Part shown: one piece after another, positions 10,407-20,876 of the stretch
Position numbering within the stretch: the first letter of the stretch is position 1
Layout: each line of letters opens with the position of its first letter
DNA from: Bacteroidia bacterium
Lineage (GTDB): Bacteria; Bacteroidota; Bacteroidia; NS11-12g; UBA9320
DNA length: 64,000 nt
Direction of reading: 5' to 3'
NCBI GenBank assembly: GCA_965216465.1
Contig: CBDCFW010000006.1
Coordinates: 992,001 to 1,056,000 of the forward strand
Made by a program: the position numbers and the translations under genes
Notes under the pieces: generated by a model
Told to the model about the DNA's origin: nothing
Database searches by the model: none
Seen by the model: the letters and a program-made list of their open reading frames with translations, nothing else

Positions 10407-11762
10407 TTACCCTAGAAGCATATTGCCTATCAGGAAGTAAAGAAAAAGTCCTAGTAGGTCATTACTTGTGGTGATAAATGGTCCTGTTGCAATTGCTGCA
10501 TCAATTTTTAATCGGTCAAGAATCAGAGGGACGATAGTTCCGACTATCGCGGCTAAAAGAATCACAGATAGCAGTGCTAAACTTACAGTAGCCATAATTT
10601 CTTTTGAGTTGCCAGAAACAAAGCCGTAGGATAAAAGTAGCATCGAACAAACCAATCCGTTTAATAAAGCAACAAATAGTTCTTTACTCAGCTTCGACCA
10701 GATCTTACCACTATCAATGGAGTTGTTTGCCAATCCCTGAACCATTATAGATGAAGATTGTACTCCTACATTTCCGGCCATCGCCATAATCAATGGCATA
10801 AATAAAGCAAGTTGTACATTTTTAGATAAATCTGCTTCAAAATTGCCAATTACCAACGAACTGGCAATTCCTCCGGCCAATCCAACAACTAGCCAAGGCA
10901 ATCGAGCACGTGTATTAAGCCAAACGCTGTCTGTACTTTCAACACTCTCAGAAATACCTGAAAGCATTTGGTAGTCTTTTTCAGCCTCGTCTTTTACATA
11001 ATCAAGAACGTCATCAAAAGTTATTATTCCGACCAATCGATTAAAGGCATCAACAATAGGCAATGTAACCAAATCGTATTTCTGCATGGTAGCAGCAACC
11101 TCTTCTCCTGATGCATAGGTGTTTTCATGAATAACGTTTTCGTTAAATATGGTCTCAACCTTTGTGCGCTCGTTAGAGAGCAAAATCTTTTTTAGCGAGA
11201 CCCAACCTACTAATTCGTCATAATCATCTACCACATAAGCGGCAAATACATTTGATACGTCTTCTGCTTGTTTTCTAATTTCGTCGGTACACTGTTTTAC
11301 GGTCCAGTCAAGCTTAACTTTTATAAGCTCTTTGGCCATCAATGCACCTGCTGTATTTTCAGGAAATTTCAGCAGCGAGGCGATATTCTTGCTATGCTCT
11401 TTATCGCTTATTTTTCGAAGAATTTCCTTGCTTTTAGACGATTCGATTGAATTCAAGATATCTGCTGCATCATCTGAATTCATAAGCAAAAAGAATGTAT
11501 TTGCAATGTCGTCGCTTGAATAGCCTCTAAGGAATTTAAGTTTTACCTCGGGTTCAAGCTCAATTAAAACATCCACTCTTTTTTGATCATCAAGAAGAGA
11601 AGCCAAGTAAACGGCTTGATCTAGATTGAGGTCATCAAAAATTTCGGCAATATCTTGAGGGAATAGCTTTTCCGCTATCTGCGTAAGCTCCTCACTTTCT
11701 TGAGATTCAATTAAACTAATTAATTCCTCTATAAACTCTTTGTTTACTTCAATTGCCGACAT
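10407..11762 (-). CDS. mgtE: Magnesium transporter MgtE
   Basis: N-domain, CBS pair, RLPWL, AGNVGVQS, ATGPFITT..D motifs. Confidence 0.95.
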   Translation of the reverse strand: MSAIEVNKEFIEELISLIESQESEELTQIAEKLFPQDIAEIFDDLNLDQAVYLASLLDDQKRVDVLIELEPEVKLKFLRGYSSDDIANTFFLLMNSDDAADILNSIESSKSKEILRKISDKEHSKNIASLLKFPENTAGALMAKELIKVKLDWTVKQCTDEIRKQAEDVSNVFAAYVVDDYDELVGWVSLKKILLSNERTKVETIFNENVIHENTYASGEEVAATMQKYDLVTLPIVDAFNRLVGIITFDDVLDYVKDEAEKDYQMLSGISESVESTDSVWLNTRARLPWLVVGLAGGIASSLVIGNFEADLSKNVQLALFMPLIMAMAGNVGVQSSSIMVQGLANNSIDSGKIWSKLSKELFVALLNGLVCSMLLLSYGFVSGNSKEIMATVSLALLSVILLAAIVGTIVPLILDRLKIDAAIATGPFITTSNDLLGLFLYFLIGNMLLG

Positions 11763-12513
11763 GCTCTTCTAAAAACAAACTTAGCTCTTCAAACTGAAGA
11801 TGGGTTAAATTTTCAGGTCGCAAGTTAGCAAATTGATGTTTATTAATGGTAGCCTTAGGAACAATACTTGATAAACTGTTAGACAATGTTTTACGACGCT
11901 GGCCAAAAGCGGTCTTTACAACCTTTTTAAGGAAGACGGGGTCACACTTCATTTGGTAATCAACGCGTTTTGCTTTTAAAACGATGCTGTTAACTTTTGG
12001 GGGAGGGTTAAAAGCTCCAGGAGGCAGAACCATCATTTTTTCAACCTTGTAGTAAAACGGAAGAAGAACACTCAAAATACCGTATGCTTTTTTGTCTTTG
12101 GGTTGGGCAAAAAGTCGCTCACCCATTTCAAGTTGAAACATTCCCACCCAATTCGGAATAAGCTCATGATACTCAATTATTTTGAATACAATTTGTGATG
12201 AAATATTGTACGGGAAATTTCCAATTAAACTGAATTGATTGGTGAAATAATGAGTCAAATCCACCTTTAAGAAGTCTGCTTTTATGAGTTCAATCCCTGC
12301 AAACTTTTGTTCTAAGAAATTTTGTGCTTCTGGATCAATTTCAACAGCTTTAAACGATTTAGCATTGTTGACCATAAATTGGGTAATGATTCCCATTCCA
12401 GGACCAATTTCGAGTACGTCAAGTTCTTTAATCTGACCTAAGCCGTCAACTATCTTCTGGGCGGTAGCATCACTGGTTAAAAAATGTTGTCCGAAGTGTT
12501 TCTTAGCTTTCAT
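11749..12513 (-). CDS. rsmA: 16S rRNA m6,2A dimethyltransferase
   Basis: KKHFGQHFL, EIGPGMG, GNFPYNIS, FxPPPKV, QRRKTL. Confidence 0.96.
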   Translation of the reverse strand: MKAKKHFGQHFLTSDATAQKIVDGLGQIKELDVLEIGPGMGIITQFMVNNAKSFKAVEIDPEAQNFLEQKFAGIELIKADFLKVDLTHYFTNQFSLIGNFPYNISSQIVFKIIEYHELIPNWVGMFQLEMGERLFAQPKDKKAYGILSVLLPFYYKVEKMMVLPPGAFNPPPKVNSIVLKAKRVDYQMKCDPVFLKKVVKTAFGQRRKTLSNSLSSIVPKATINKHQFANLRPENLTHLQFEELSLFLEEHVGN

Positions 12514-13459
12514 GATTTATTTGCTCTTTTATCCAGGGAATTAGGCTGCGTTCACCGAGTATAATATTAGTGATTTTTATATGTTGGATTGCTTTTGCAC
12601 TAGAAAATTCTTTAATCTTAGTCCAGTCTTTTTCCGTACAAACCAAGGTACAGTTTTCAGCAAGCTTGACTAATGCTTCGATGTCCGAATTTGTGAATGC
12701 ATAGTGGTCAGGAAAAGATTTAAATCCTGCAAGGGAATAGTGTGCATTTAAATAGTGCTGAAATACCCCATTATTTGCCAAACCGCTAAATCCGTAAATA
12801 GGGCCATTAATATTCACATTGCTGTATTGAATTTGGCTGTAAAACGTTGGTTTGTCAAAAGATCTTTTATCCTTAAAGTGTTCCGGACACTTGGTGTATA
12901 TGAGTGCATCAGCGCGTTGTACTCCACGCCGAGATTCACGAAGATTCCCAACAGGAAGAATCCAATCGTTATAAAACGGTTTGCTATAAGGTGTTAGCAG
13001 AATTTGTAATGAAGGGCTTATTGAGCGGTGTTGAAAAGCATCGTCAAGAAGAATAAGGTTAATGTCAGGGTGTTCCGAAAGCATTTGCTTAACCCCGTCA
13101 ACACGATTTTCGCAAACAGCAACGAGAATATCATTGAATTTTGACTTGATCTGTAGCGGTTCATCGCCAGTTGCTGAGACGTTGTCGTTTGTCAAAACCC
13201 ATCTAAACCCTTTTGATTTTCTTCCATACCCACGGCTAAGAACAGCAATAGTGTATTCAGAGGTTAAATGACGAATTAAATATTCAATCATTGGGGTCTT
13301 GCCAGTTCCTCCAACAGATATATTGCCGACAGAAATTATAGGTACAGCAAATGGGGTTGATTTGAGTAATCCTATATCAAACAAAGTGTTTCGCACCGTA
13401 GTAATGGCCCAGTACAATATGGAAAATGGAAACAAAATGTATCTCAGAAGGCGGATCAC
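12503..13459 (-). CDS. lpxK: Tetraacyldisaccharide 4'-kinase
   Basis: VGNISVGGTGKTP, SRGYGR, GDEP, DDAFQH, FPDHY, TEKD; GTG 13459 preferred over 13507. Confidence 0.94.
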   Translation of the reverse strand: MIRLLRYILFPFSILYWAITTVRNTLFDIGLLKSTPFAVPIISVGNISVGGTGKTPMIEYLIRHLTSEYTIAVLSRGYGRKSKGFRWVLTNDNVSATGDEPLQIKSKFNDILVAVCENRVDGVKQMLSEHPDINLILLDDAFQHRSISPSLQILLTPYSKPFYNDWILPVGNLRESRRGVQRADALIYTKCPEHFKDKRSFDKPTFYSQIQYSNVNINGPIYGFSGLANNGVFQHYLNAHYSLAGFKSFPDHYAFTNSDIEALVKLAENCTLVCTEKDWTKIKEFSSAKAIQHIKITNIILGERSLIPWIKEQINHES

Positions 13460-13527
13460 TGGATGCAAAGAAATGGAATTGCTTGCGAGTTTGTCACTGA
13501 AACGCACAATTATTCATAAAATTGCAT

Positions 13528-14625
13528 ATGCTGATAGCGGATCTAGTTAACCATCTTGAGACAATTGCACCACCAAGCTTACAGGAAAGTTATGATAACA
13601 GTGGACTAATAGTCGGTGACCCGAATACTTCTATTCAGGGAGTATTGATTGGGTTAGATTGCATTGAATCGACCATTGAAGAAGCCAAGCGAAAGAGTTG
13701 CAATGTGATTGTAGCGCATCATCCCATAGTTTTTAGCGGGTTGAAACGATTTAATGGCAGCGATTATGTCCAAAGAACAGTTCAACAGGCGATAAAAAAT
13801 GATATAGCAATTTACGCTATTCATACCAATTTAGATAATGTTTATCATAATGGAGTGAATCAGAAGATAGGCCAGATACTTTCACTCAACAACATGAGAA
13901 TTTTAGCTCCTAAGTCGGGGAATTTATTAAAGCTAGTGAGTTACGTTCCGGTAGACAAGAAGGCCGATGTTATGGATGCTTTGTTTGCAGCAGGAGCCGG
14001 GCACATTGGAAATTATTCTGAGTGTTCTTTTGCCGTTGAAGGTGAAGGAAGCTATAAAGGAAATGATTTGAGCAACCCGACAATGGGAGTAAAAGGACAA
14101 AGGCATTATGAGAAGGAAGCCAAAGTTGAGGTTATATTGAGAGACTATCAGAGATCAGCTGCGGTTAAGGCACTTATAGGTTCACATCCTTATGAGGAAG
14201 TAGCATACGAAATCTATCCGACATTAAATGGCGATAAAGAAATTGGAAGTGGACTGATTGGTGAACTTGAGAATGAACTGGATGCGAATGCATTTTTAAC
14301 TCATCTGAAGTCAAGAATGGAGTTAGATGTAATTAAGTATACACCGTTCAGCTCAAGCATAAAAAAGGTAGCCATTTGTGGAGGATCTGGCCAATTTTTA
14401 TTGAACAAAGCAAAGTCTGCAGGTGCAGATGCTTTTGTTACTTCCGACTTCAAATATCACCAGTATTTTGATGCAGAAAATGCAATAATGATATGCGACA
14501 TTGGTCATTACGAAAGTGAAAAATATACAATAGACCTTTTATATGATATTTTGACCAAAAAATTTAGTAATTTTGCCGTCCTTAAAACGGAGGGTACGAC
14601 CAACCCGGTAAAATATTTTCGATAA
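13528..14625 (+). CDS. Nif3-like dinuclear metal protein with PII-like insertion
   Basis: YDNSGL, HHP, HTNLD, GAGHIGNYS, HPYEE, GHYESE. Confidence 0.92.
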   Translation: MLIADLVNHLETIAPPSLQESYDNSGLIVGDPNTSIQGVLIGLDCIESTIEEAKRKSCNVIVAHHPIVFSGLKRFNGSDYVQRTVQQAIKNDIAIYAIHTNLDNVYHNGVNQKIGQILSLNNMRILAPKSGNLLKLVSYVPVDKKADVMDALFAAGAGHIGNYSECSFAVEGEGSYKGNDLSNPTMGVKGQRHYEKEAKVEVILRDYQRSAAVKALIGSHPYEEVAYEIYPTLNGDKEIGSGLIGELENELDANAFLTHLKSRMELDVIKYTPFSSSIKKVAICGGSGQFLLNKAKSAGADAFVTSDFKYHQYFDAENAIMICDIGHYESEKYTIDLLYDILTKKFSNFAVLKTEGTTNPVKYFR

Positions 14626-14627
14626 AA

Positions 14628-15416
14628 ATGGCAGTAAAAACAATCGCACAAAAATTAGAGCAGCTGTACAAGTTGCAAACTATTGATTCTAGACTAGACC
14701 AACTAAGAGCTGTTCGAGGAGAGCTTCCTATGGAGGTTGCAGATTTAGAAGATGAATTAGCTGGCTTAAATACAAGACTGTCAAACTTCAATACGGAGAT
14801 CGATCACTTTAATGAGCAAATCTTTGCAAACAAAGAGCAGATCAAAACTTCTAAGGAGCTAATTAAAAAGTACAACACACAGCTCAACAATGTAAAAAAC
14901 AACAGAGAGTTTGATGCATTGAATAAAGAAATTGAAATTCAAGAATTAACTATTCAGGCAGCTGAAAAGAAAATTGGCGAATTGCAAAAATCAATTGGTC
15001 TTAAAGATGAATTAATCAACGAAGTTCAAGGAAGACTTGATGAGCGTGAGAAAGATCTTGAAGACAAAAAGAAAGAGCTTGAAGAAATTACTGCAGAAAC
15101 TGAGAAAGAAGAAGCTCAGATTGGTGAAGAAAGAGCTAAAGCTACTAAAGGTGTTGAAGAAAAATTAATTAAAGCATATGACCGTATTAGAAATAACTTC
15201 AGAAACGGTATTGCCGTTGCTCCGATCTTAAGAGGAGCTTGCGGAGGTTGCTTTGCTAAGATTCCACCACAATTACAATCAGACATTAGACAATCTAAAA
15301 AAATTGTAATTTGCGAGGCATGCGGAAGAATCAATATTGATTCAAGAATGGCAGGCATTAAAGAAGATGTGGAAGAAGCACCAAAACCAAAAAGAAGAGC
15401 GGTTAGAAGAAAATAA
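14628..15416 (+). CDS. Coiled-coil, C4 zinc-ribbon protein (DUF164/CT398-like)
   Basis: Long coiled coil then CGGC..IPPQ..CEACGRI; follows nif3 as usual. Confidence 0.88.
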   Translation: MAVKTIAQKLEQLYKLQTIDSRLDQLRAVRGELPMEVADLEDELAGLNTRLSNFNTEIDHFNEQIFANKEQIKTSKELIKKYNTQLNNVKNNREFDALNKEIEIQELTIQAAEKKIGELQKSIGLKDELINEVQGRLDEREKDLEDKKKELEEITAETEKEEAQIGEERAKATKGVEEKLIKAYDRIRNNFRNGIAVAPILRGACGGCFAKIPPQLQSDIRQSKKIVICEACGRINIDSRMAGIKEDVEEAPKPKRRAVRRK

Positions 15417-16899
15417 TTCGTCTCGCTTCTTAACAGGTTTACTTCTTATTCTGATTGCGAGTTTCTCATTCGGAGAAACCCACTTTACCTATAATCATCA
15501 GATTCTTGAAGCTCAGAGAATGAGCCAAGAGTTGCAATTATTTCCTGCAAGAGATTCGTTAAATACCTTGTTGCAAGAAGACGGGTCAAATGCCGCGATT
15601 TACTTTGTTCTTCACCAAAATTATTGGCTTGAGGCCTTTATATCTGAAGAAGATTCAGTTTATGACAACTACAAAGAGTTAAAAGCTAAAGTATTGGCTC
15701 AATTGGCTGAATTGCCTGATTCGGTGCCCTATAAAAAGTTTGCCCTATCTGAAGTGCATTTTTTTTCAGCCATGATTAAGGCCAAGTTTGGTGATATTTA
15801 CTCAGCTGCACGGGAAGTAAACAGTGCCCATAACCTGATTGAAGAGAATCATGAAAAATTTCCAAGCTTTATCCAAAACAATAAGTCAAGGGGCATTATT
15901 AAGGTGTACCTGAGTACGGTACCCGACAACTACGTTTGGGTAATTCGATTGTTAGGAATAGAAGGAAACTTAAGCGAAGGATTGGCCTTATTACACAATC
16001 TCTCAAACTACAAAGGAGAAGATGAAGAACTGAAGTTGTTGGCCAAAGAAACAGGTTATGTTTACTCATTTGCTTTATTTCATGTTGCTAAGCAATATGG
16101 GAATGCTTGGGCAGAAACACTAAAGGTTACAAAAGACTACCAAACCAATGGGATGAGCTGTTTTTTTAGAAGCAATATGGCTTTAAAGATGAATCGCAAT
16201 GAGACGGCTATCAAAGTGCTTCAGAGTAGACCCCAAGGTGAATCATATTATCCGTTTTACTTCCTTGATTATCTCTTAGGAGTTGCCAAGTTGAACAGAA
16301 TGGATGTTGACGCCATTAACTACCTGAATAAGTACGAACAGCACTTCAAAGGGAATAACTATGTAAAGAGCTGTTTGCAGAAACAGAGCTGGTACTACCT
16401 TCTAGCCGGAAATAAACAAGAGTACAAGCGTTACAAAAAAATGGTGCTGTCTTCGGGCATAAGTCTAAATGAAGATGATAAACAAGCACAGAATTTTAGC
16501 AAAAAGCCCGATCCAAATCGCAGTTTACTTAAAGCCCGATTATTGTTTGATGGGGGCTATTATAAAAAGGCGTTAGAAGCGATGAAGGATTTAAGTGCAA
16601 AGAGCTTCACTTCGCAAAATGAAAAAGCGGAATATTGTTACCGAAAGGGGAGGATATATGAGAAACTCGGTAAGCAAAAAGTTTCTCTCATGTTTTATGA
16701 AGCATGTACGTTAATAGCTAAAAACAGCAATGAATATTACGGAGCATATGCCTGTTTATATCTAGGCGATCACTACTTAAAAATTGATGATGACGAGAAT
16801 GCTAAATTGTACTACGAAAGAGCCTTGACTTACGAAAACAACAATGAGTACAAAGACTCTATTGAGCAGCGAGCAAAAGCTGGTCTTAAAAAAATCTGA
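15367..16899 (+). CDS. TPR-containing exported protein
   Basis: Hydrophobic signal-like segment, TPR-like helices, LKARLLFDGGYY motif; start uncertain because it overlaps the upstream gene. Confidence 0.65.
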   Translation: MWKKHQNQKEERLEENNSSRFLTGLLLILIASFSFGETHFTYNHQILEAQRMSQELQLFPARDSLNTLLQEDGSNAAIYFVLHQNYWLEAFISEEDSVYDNYKELKAKVLAQLAELPDSVPYKKFALSEVHFFSAMIKAKFGDIYSAAREVNSAHNLIEENHEKFPSFIQNNKSRGIIKVYLSTVPDNYVWVIRLLGIEGNLSEGLALLHNLSNYKGEDEELKLLAKETGYVYSFALFHVAKQYGNAWAETLKVTKDYQTNGMSCFFRSNMALKMNRNETAIKVLQSRPQGESYYPFYFLDYLLGVAKLNRMDVDAINYLNKYEQHFKGNNYVKSCLQKQSWYYLLAGNKQEYKRYKKMVLSSGISLNEDDKQAQNFSKKPDPNRSLLKARLLFDGGYYKKALEAMKDLSAKSFTSQNEKAEYCYRKGRIYEKLGKQKVSLMFYEACTLIAKNSNEYYGAYACLYLGDHYLKIDDDENAKLYYERALTYENNNEYKDSIEQRAKAGLKKI

Positions 16900-17133
16900 T
16901 TATTTGTTATTTGTGGCCTTAGGTTTGATCTGAGCCTGTTTTTCTTCCTTAAACTCAACAATAGCAACCTCGGTATCAAATTCTGCAGTGCAGGCTTTTA
17001 ATCCGCCAACTTCAAATGATTTGTTAGCCTTAGAAATAGAAGAAACAGGTCTTGCTTCTGAATCCTTTTTAGTGGTCTCAGCCAAAACAAATGTTCCGAT
17101 ACAGATTAGAATTAATGTATAAAAGATCTTCAT
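16900..17133 (-). CDS. Small secreted hypothetical protein (77 aa)
   Basis: Clear Sec signal (MKIFYTLILICIGTFVLA); fills an intergenic gap; sigma54-like promoter upstream. Confidence 0.6.
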   Translation of the reverse strand: MKIFYTLILICIGTFVLAETTKKDSEARPVSSISKANKSFEVGGLKACTAEFDTEVAIVEFKEEKQAQIKPKATNNK

Positions 17134-17162
17134 CTCGTAAGTAATAAGTTCATTTTAGAATG

Positions 17163-17177
17163 TCAATTCACATGCCA
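17163..17177 (-). promoter_or_regulatory. Putative sigma54 (-24/-12) promoter
   Basis: Minus strand reads TGGCAT-GTGAA-TTGA, matching TGGCAY-N5-TTG spacing, about 30 nt before the ATG at 17133. Confidence 0.5.
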
Positions 17178-17339
17178 CGCTCCAAGGTAGTTCGTAAACA
17201 TCAACAAATCAGAGAGTTAATTGCAATCATTCGAAATGTATAGGTTCTTGCTTTTATCCCAAAATGGGAATATCAATCTAAATTTTATGGCTGAATTTGA
17301 ATGAAATCAGGCTATTTTTGCCGCCCAAATAGAATAATC

Positions 17340-18869
17340 ATGAGTAATAGACCAGTTAGAGTGAGATTTGCACCGAGTCCTACAGGGCCATTGCACATTG
17401 GTGGTGTAAGAACGGCTTTATACAACTACCTTTTCGCTAAGAAACATGGAGGTAAATTCTTGTTGAGAATTGAGGATACTGATCAAAAAAGATTTGTTGA
17501 AGGAGCAGAGGATTACATCATTGAGAGTTTAGAGTGGCTAGGTCTCGATTATGATGAAGGAGTAAAGAAAGAGGGGCCTTTTGGTCCATATAAGCAAAGT
17601 GAGAGAATGCATCTGTATGCAGACTATGCACACCAATTGGTTAAAGATGGTTTTGCATATTACGCTTTTGATACCGCTGAAGAACTGGATGAAATGCGTA
17701 AGAAACTTGAAGCAAACAATATGTCTTCAAAGTACGATTCAACTTCAAGAATGAGCATGAAGAATTCATTAACGCTTAGTGATGACGAGGTTAAACAGCG
17801 CATGGATGCCGGTGAACCATTCGTTATTAGAATTAAAATACCGCGTAATGAAGAGATTCGATTTCACGATGTTATACGCGGATGGATTGTTTTCAACTCG
17901 AGCCAGTTAGATGATAAAGTACTGCTTAAAACTGATGGTTTACCGACGTATCACCTAGCCAATATTGTAGATGATCATTTGATGGAAATTAGCCATGTAA
18001 TCCGAGGTGAAGAATGGTTGCCATCTGCACCGTTGCATGTAATGCTTTATAAATACCTGGGGTGGGAAGATACCATGCCTGAGTTTGCACATTTGCCATT
18101 ACTTCTAAAGCCAGATGGTAAAGGAAAGCTAAGCAAGCGAGATGGAGACCGATTAGGCTTTCCAGTATTTCCACTTGAATGGAATGATCCAAAGTCTGGA
18201 GAAGTTTCAAGCGGTTATCGTGAAGGTGGATACTTGCCAGATGCAGTAGTTAATATGTTAGCTTTATTAGGATGGCATCCGTCTGACAATACCGAAATGT
18301 TTAGTATCGAAGAGCTTATTGAGGCATTTAGCTTGGAGCGTGTATCTAAAAGTGGAGCTAAGTTCGATCAGGATAAGGCCAAATGGTTCAACCATCAGTA
18401 CTTGATGAAGGCCTCTAATGAATCAGTTTTGGAAATGATTTCTGGTGATTTTGAAGATAAACATAAAGCAAAATCAGACGATTATATTCTTCAGGTAATT
18501 GACCTATTGAAGGAGAAAGTGAGCTTTGCTTCTGACCTACTACCGGCAGCTGATTACTTCTTTAACGCACCTGCTTCATACGACGAAAAAGTTCAGCGTA
18601 AAAAGTGGAATGCGGATGTAAGTAATGACATTTCAGGATATATCGCTGAATTAGTTTCTAACAATATGCACGAAGCTCAAGCTATGGAAGATCACTTACA
18701 GGCTTATGCAGATGCTAAAGAGATAAACAAAGGAAGATTAATGCAACCGTTAAGATGGGTTGTTAGTGGCCAGGCTGGTGGTCCTCCAATTTTTGATATG
18801 TTGGCGTTAATCGGGCTTGATGAAATTGAGAGCAGATTGAAAATTGCTCAAGAGAAGTTTCCTGTATAG
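17340..18869 (+). CDS. gltX: Glutamate--tRNA ligase
   Basis: RFAPSPTG, HIGG, RIEDTD, KLSKR; TATTTTTG promoter at 17313-17320 supports ATG 17340. Confidence 0.97.
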   Translation: MSNRPVRVRFAPSPTGPLHIGGVRTALYNYLFAKKHGGKFLLRIEDTDQKRFVEGAEDYIIESLEWLGLDYDEGVKKEGPFGPYKQSERMHLYADYAHQLVKDGFAYYAFDTAEELDEMRKKLEANNMSSKYDSTSRMSMKNSLTLSDDEVKQRMDAGEPFVIRIKIPRNEEIRFHDVIRGWIVFNSSQLDDKVLLKTDGLPTYHLANIVDDHLMEISHVIRGEEWLPSAPLHVMLYKYLGWEDTMPEFAHLPLLLKPDGKGKLSKRDGDRLGFPVFPLEWNDPKSGEVSSGYREGGYLPDAVVNMLALLGWHPSDNTEMFSIEELIEAFSLERVSKSGAKFDQDKAKWFNHQYLMKASNESVLEMISGDFEDKHKAKSDDYILQVIDLLKEKVSFASDLLPAADYFFNAPASYDEKVQRKKWNADVSNDISGYIAELVSNNMHEAQAMEDHLQAYADAKEINKGRLMQPLRWVVSGQAGGPPIFDMLALIGLDEIESRLKIAQEKFPV

Positions 18870-18872
18870 GAG

Positions 18873-19613
18873 CTAAACGAGACCGAGGTGCTCGCATGTT
18901 TTTTCACTGGCTATTTGTTCAGCGACTTTTTTAGATTTTCCTCGACCTGTGGCGATTTCTTCACCGTCGATATACACGCCAATCGTGTACATTTTTTGCT
19001 TGTTATTGCCGTTTTCTTCAAGCACCTTAAACTCGAGTTGTTTCTTTTCTTTTTGGGAGTATTGGTTGAGTAAACTCTTAAAGTTTTCGGTTACATCTTT
19101 AAGGTGTTCAAAATCAAGGTGAGGGATTACAATTTTGGTTTTAATAAATTTACGGGTGAACCGATAGCCTTTATCTAAGTAAATTGAGCCAATTAGCGCT
19201 TCTAAAGCGTTTCCAGATATTCCACGAAGAGCGGCTTTATTTTTACGCAATGAGCTATCAAAAACTAAATGTTCATGGATTCCCATGTCGTATGCAATTT
19301 GCGAAAGCTTTTTACGACTTACCGCTTTTGACCGCATTTCCGTCAGGAATCCTTCTCCTTGAAAAGGAAATTTTTTGAATAGTAACTCAGCAATGATTAA
19401 GTCAAGTACTGCGTCACCAAGATACTCAAGACGTTCATTATTGTGCTTCGCTTTAAAGCCCTTAATGCGCTGCGATGTAGAATTATGAAGGAAAGCTTGT
19501 TTATAGAGCTTTATATTGTTTGGACAGTATCCAAGTAACCGATATAAATTTCGATAAAGTTCTTTGTTACGGGAAAAGGAGCAATAGTAAAGTTTTGTGA
19601 TTCGCTTGATCAC
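18873..19613 (-). CDS. rnc: Ribonuclease III
   Basis: NERLEYLGDAVL signature, EALIGSIYLD, C-terminal dsRBD. Confidence 0.96.
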   Translation of the reverse strand: MIKRITKLYYCSFSRNKELYRNLYRLLGYCPNNIKLYKQAFLHNSTSQRIKGFKAKHNNERLEYLGDAVLDLIIAELLFKKFPFQGEGFLTEMRSKAVSRKKLSQIAYDMGIHEHLVFDSSLRKNKAALRGISGNALEALIGSIYLDKGYRFTRKFIKTKIVIPHLDFEHLKDVTENFKSLLNQYSQKEKKQLEFKVLEENGNNKQKMYTIGVYIDGEEIATGRGKSKKVAEQIASEKTCEHLGLV

Positions 19614-19616
19614 AAC

Positions 19617-20867
19617 CTATTTACACTTACCCATGATTACAGACACGTTATGACCGCCAAAACCAAAGGTATTGCTTAAAGCATAGTTAATATCCCGTTT
19701 TTGTGCTTTGTTAAATGTGAAGTTCAATTTTGGGTCGAATCCTTCATCATCTGTAAAGTGATTAATTGTTGGAGGAATTACCCCTCTGTTGAGAGCCATT
19801 AGACAAGCTAAAGCTTCAACTGCACCGGCAGCTCCTAGAAGGTGACCGGTCATTGATTTTGTGGAGCTAATATTGATGTCATATGCATGCTCTCCAAATA
19901 CTTCTTTGATAGCGATACTTTCGCTAACATCCCCAAGTGGGGTTGAAGTTCCATGAACATTTACATAATCAATATCTTCTGGAGAAAGTTGAGCGTCTTT
20001 AAGAGCAAGTTTCATTACATTTTTTGCTCCTAATCCTTCTGGATGTGGTGCTGTAATGTGGTGAGCATCGGCTGTTAAACCTCCACCGAAGATTTCACCA
20101 TAAATTTTTGCTCCTCTAGCCTTAGCGGTTTCATATTCTTCAAGAACAAGAGCTGCAGCTCCTTCACCAAGTACGAATCCATCTCTATCTTTATCGAATG
20201 GTCTTGATGCGGTTTGCGGATCGTCGTTTCTTTCAGATAGGGCCTTCATGCTGTTAAAACCACCAACAGCAGATGTTGTAACGCAGGCTTCAGAACCTCC
20301 TGTTACTACGGCCTTCGCCATTCCTAATCGGATATAGTTGAATGCATCAACGATGGCGTTATTGGAAGATGCACAGGCAGACACTGTTCCGAAGTTAGGA
20401 CCTCTAAATCCGTATTTGATAGAGATATAACCTGGAGCGATGTCACCGATCATCTTCGGTATAAAGAATGGATTAAACCTTGGGGTTCCGTCCCCCAAGG
20501 AATAATCTTTCATTTCTTTTTCTAGCGTGAATAGTCCCCCAATACCAGAACCCCAAATTACACCTACGTCTTCAGGTTGAAGACCAGCTTCTGTAATTCC
20601 AGAATCAAGTACTGCCTCATCGGCAACTACCATTGCATACTGAGTAAAAGGATCCATTTTACGGGCTTCCTTTCGATCTAGAAAATCTTTTACGTCAAAA
20701 CCTTTTACTTCACAAGCAAATCGGGTTTTGTGCTTTTCAGCATCAAAATGAGTAATAGGAGCAGCTCCGCTAACTCCATTTTCTAGGGCGTCCCAATACT
20801 CCTTGGCAGTATTGCCAATCGGAGTAAGAGCTCCAATACCAGTTACAACTACACGCTTTAATTGCAT
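19617..20867 (-). CDS. fabF: Beta-ketoacyl-ACP synthase II
   Basis: RVVVTGIG, SACASS, HGTSTPLGD, GHLLGAAG, FGFGGHN. Confidence 0.97.
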   Translation of the reverse strand: MQLKRVVVTGIGALTPIGNTAKEYWDALENGVSGAAPITHFDAEKHKTRFACEVKGFDVKDFLDRKEARKMDPFTQYAMVVADEAVLDSGITEAGLQPEDVGVIWGSGIGGLFTLEKEMKDYSLGDGTPRFNPFFIPKMIGDIAPGYISIKYGFRGPNFGTVSACASSNNAIVDAFNYIRLGMAKAVVTGGSEACVTTSAVGGFNSMKALSERNDDPQTASRPFDKDRDGFVLGEGAAALVLEEYETAKARGAKIYGEIFGGGLTADAHHITAPHPEGLGAKNVMKLALKDAQLSPEDIDYVNVHGTSTPLGDVSESIAIKEVFGEHAYDINISSTKSMTGHLLGAAGAVEALACLMALNRGVIPPTINHFTDDEGFDPKLNFTFNKAQKRDINYALSNTFGFGGHNVSVIMGKCK

Positions 20868-20876
20868 GGCTGTTAA

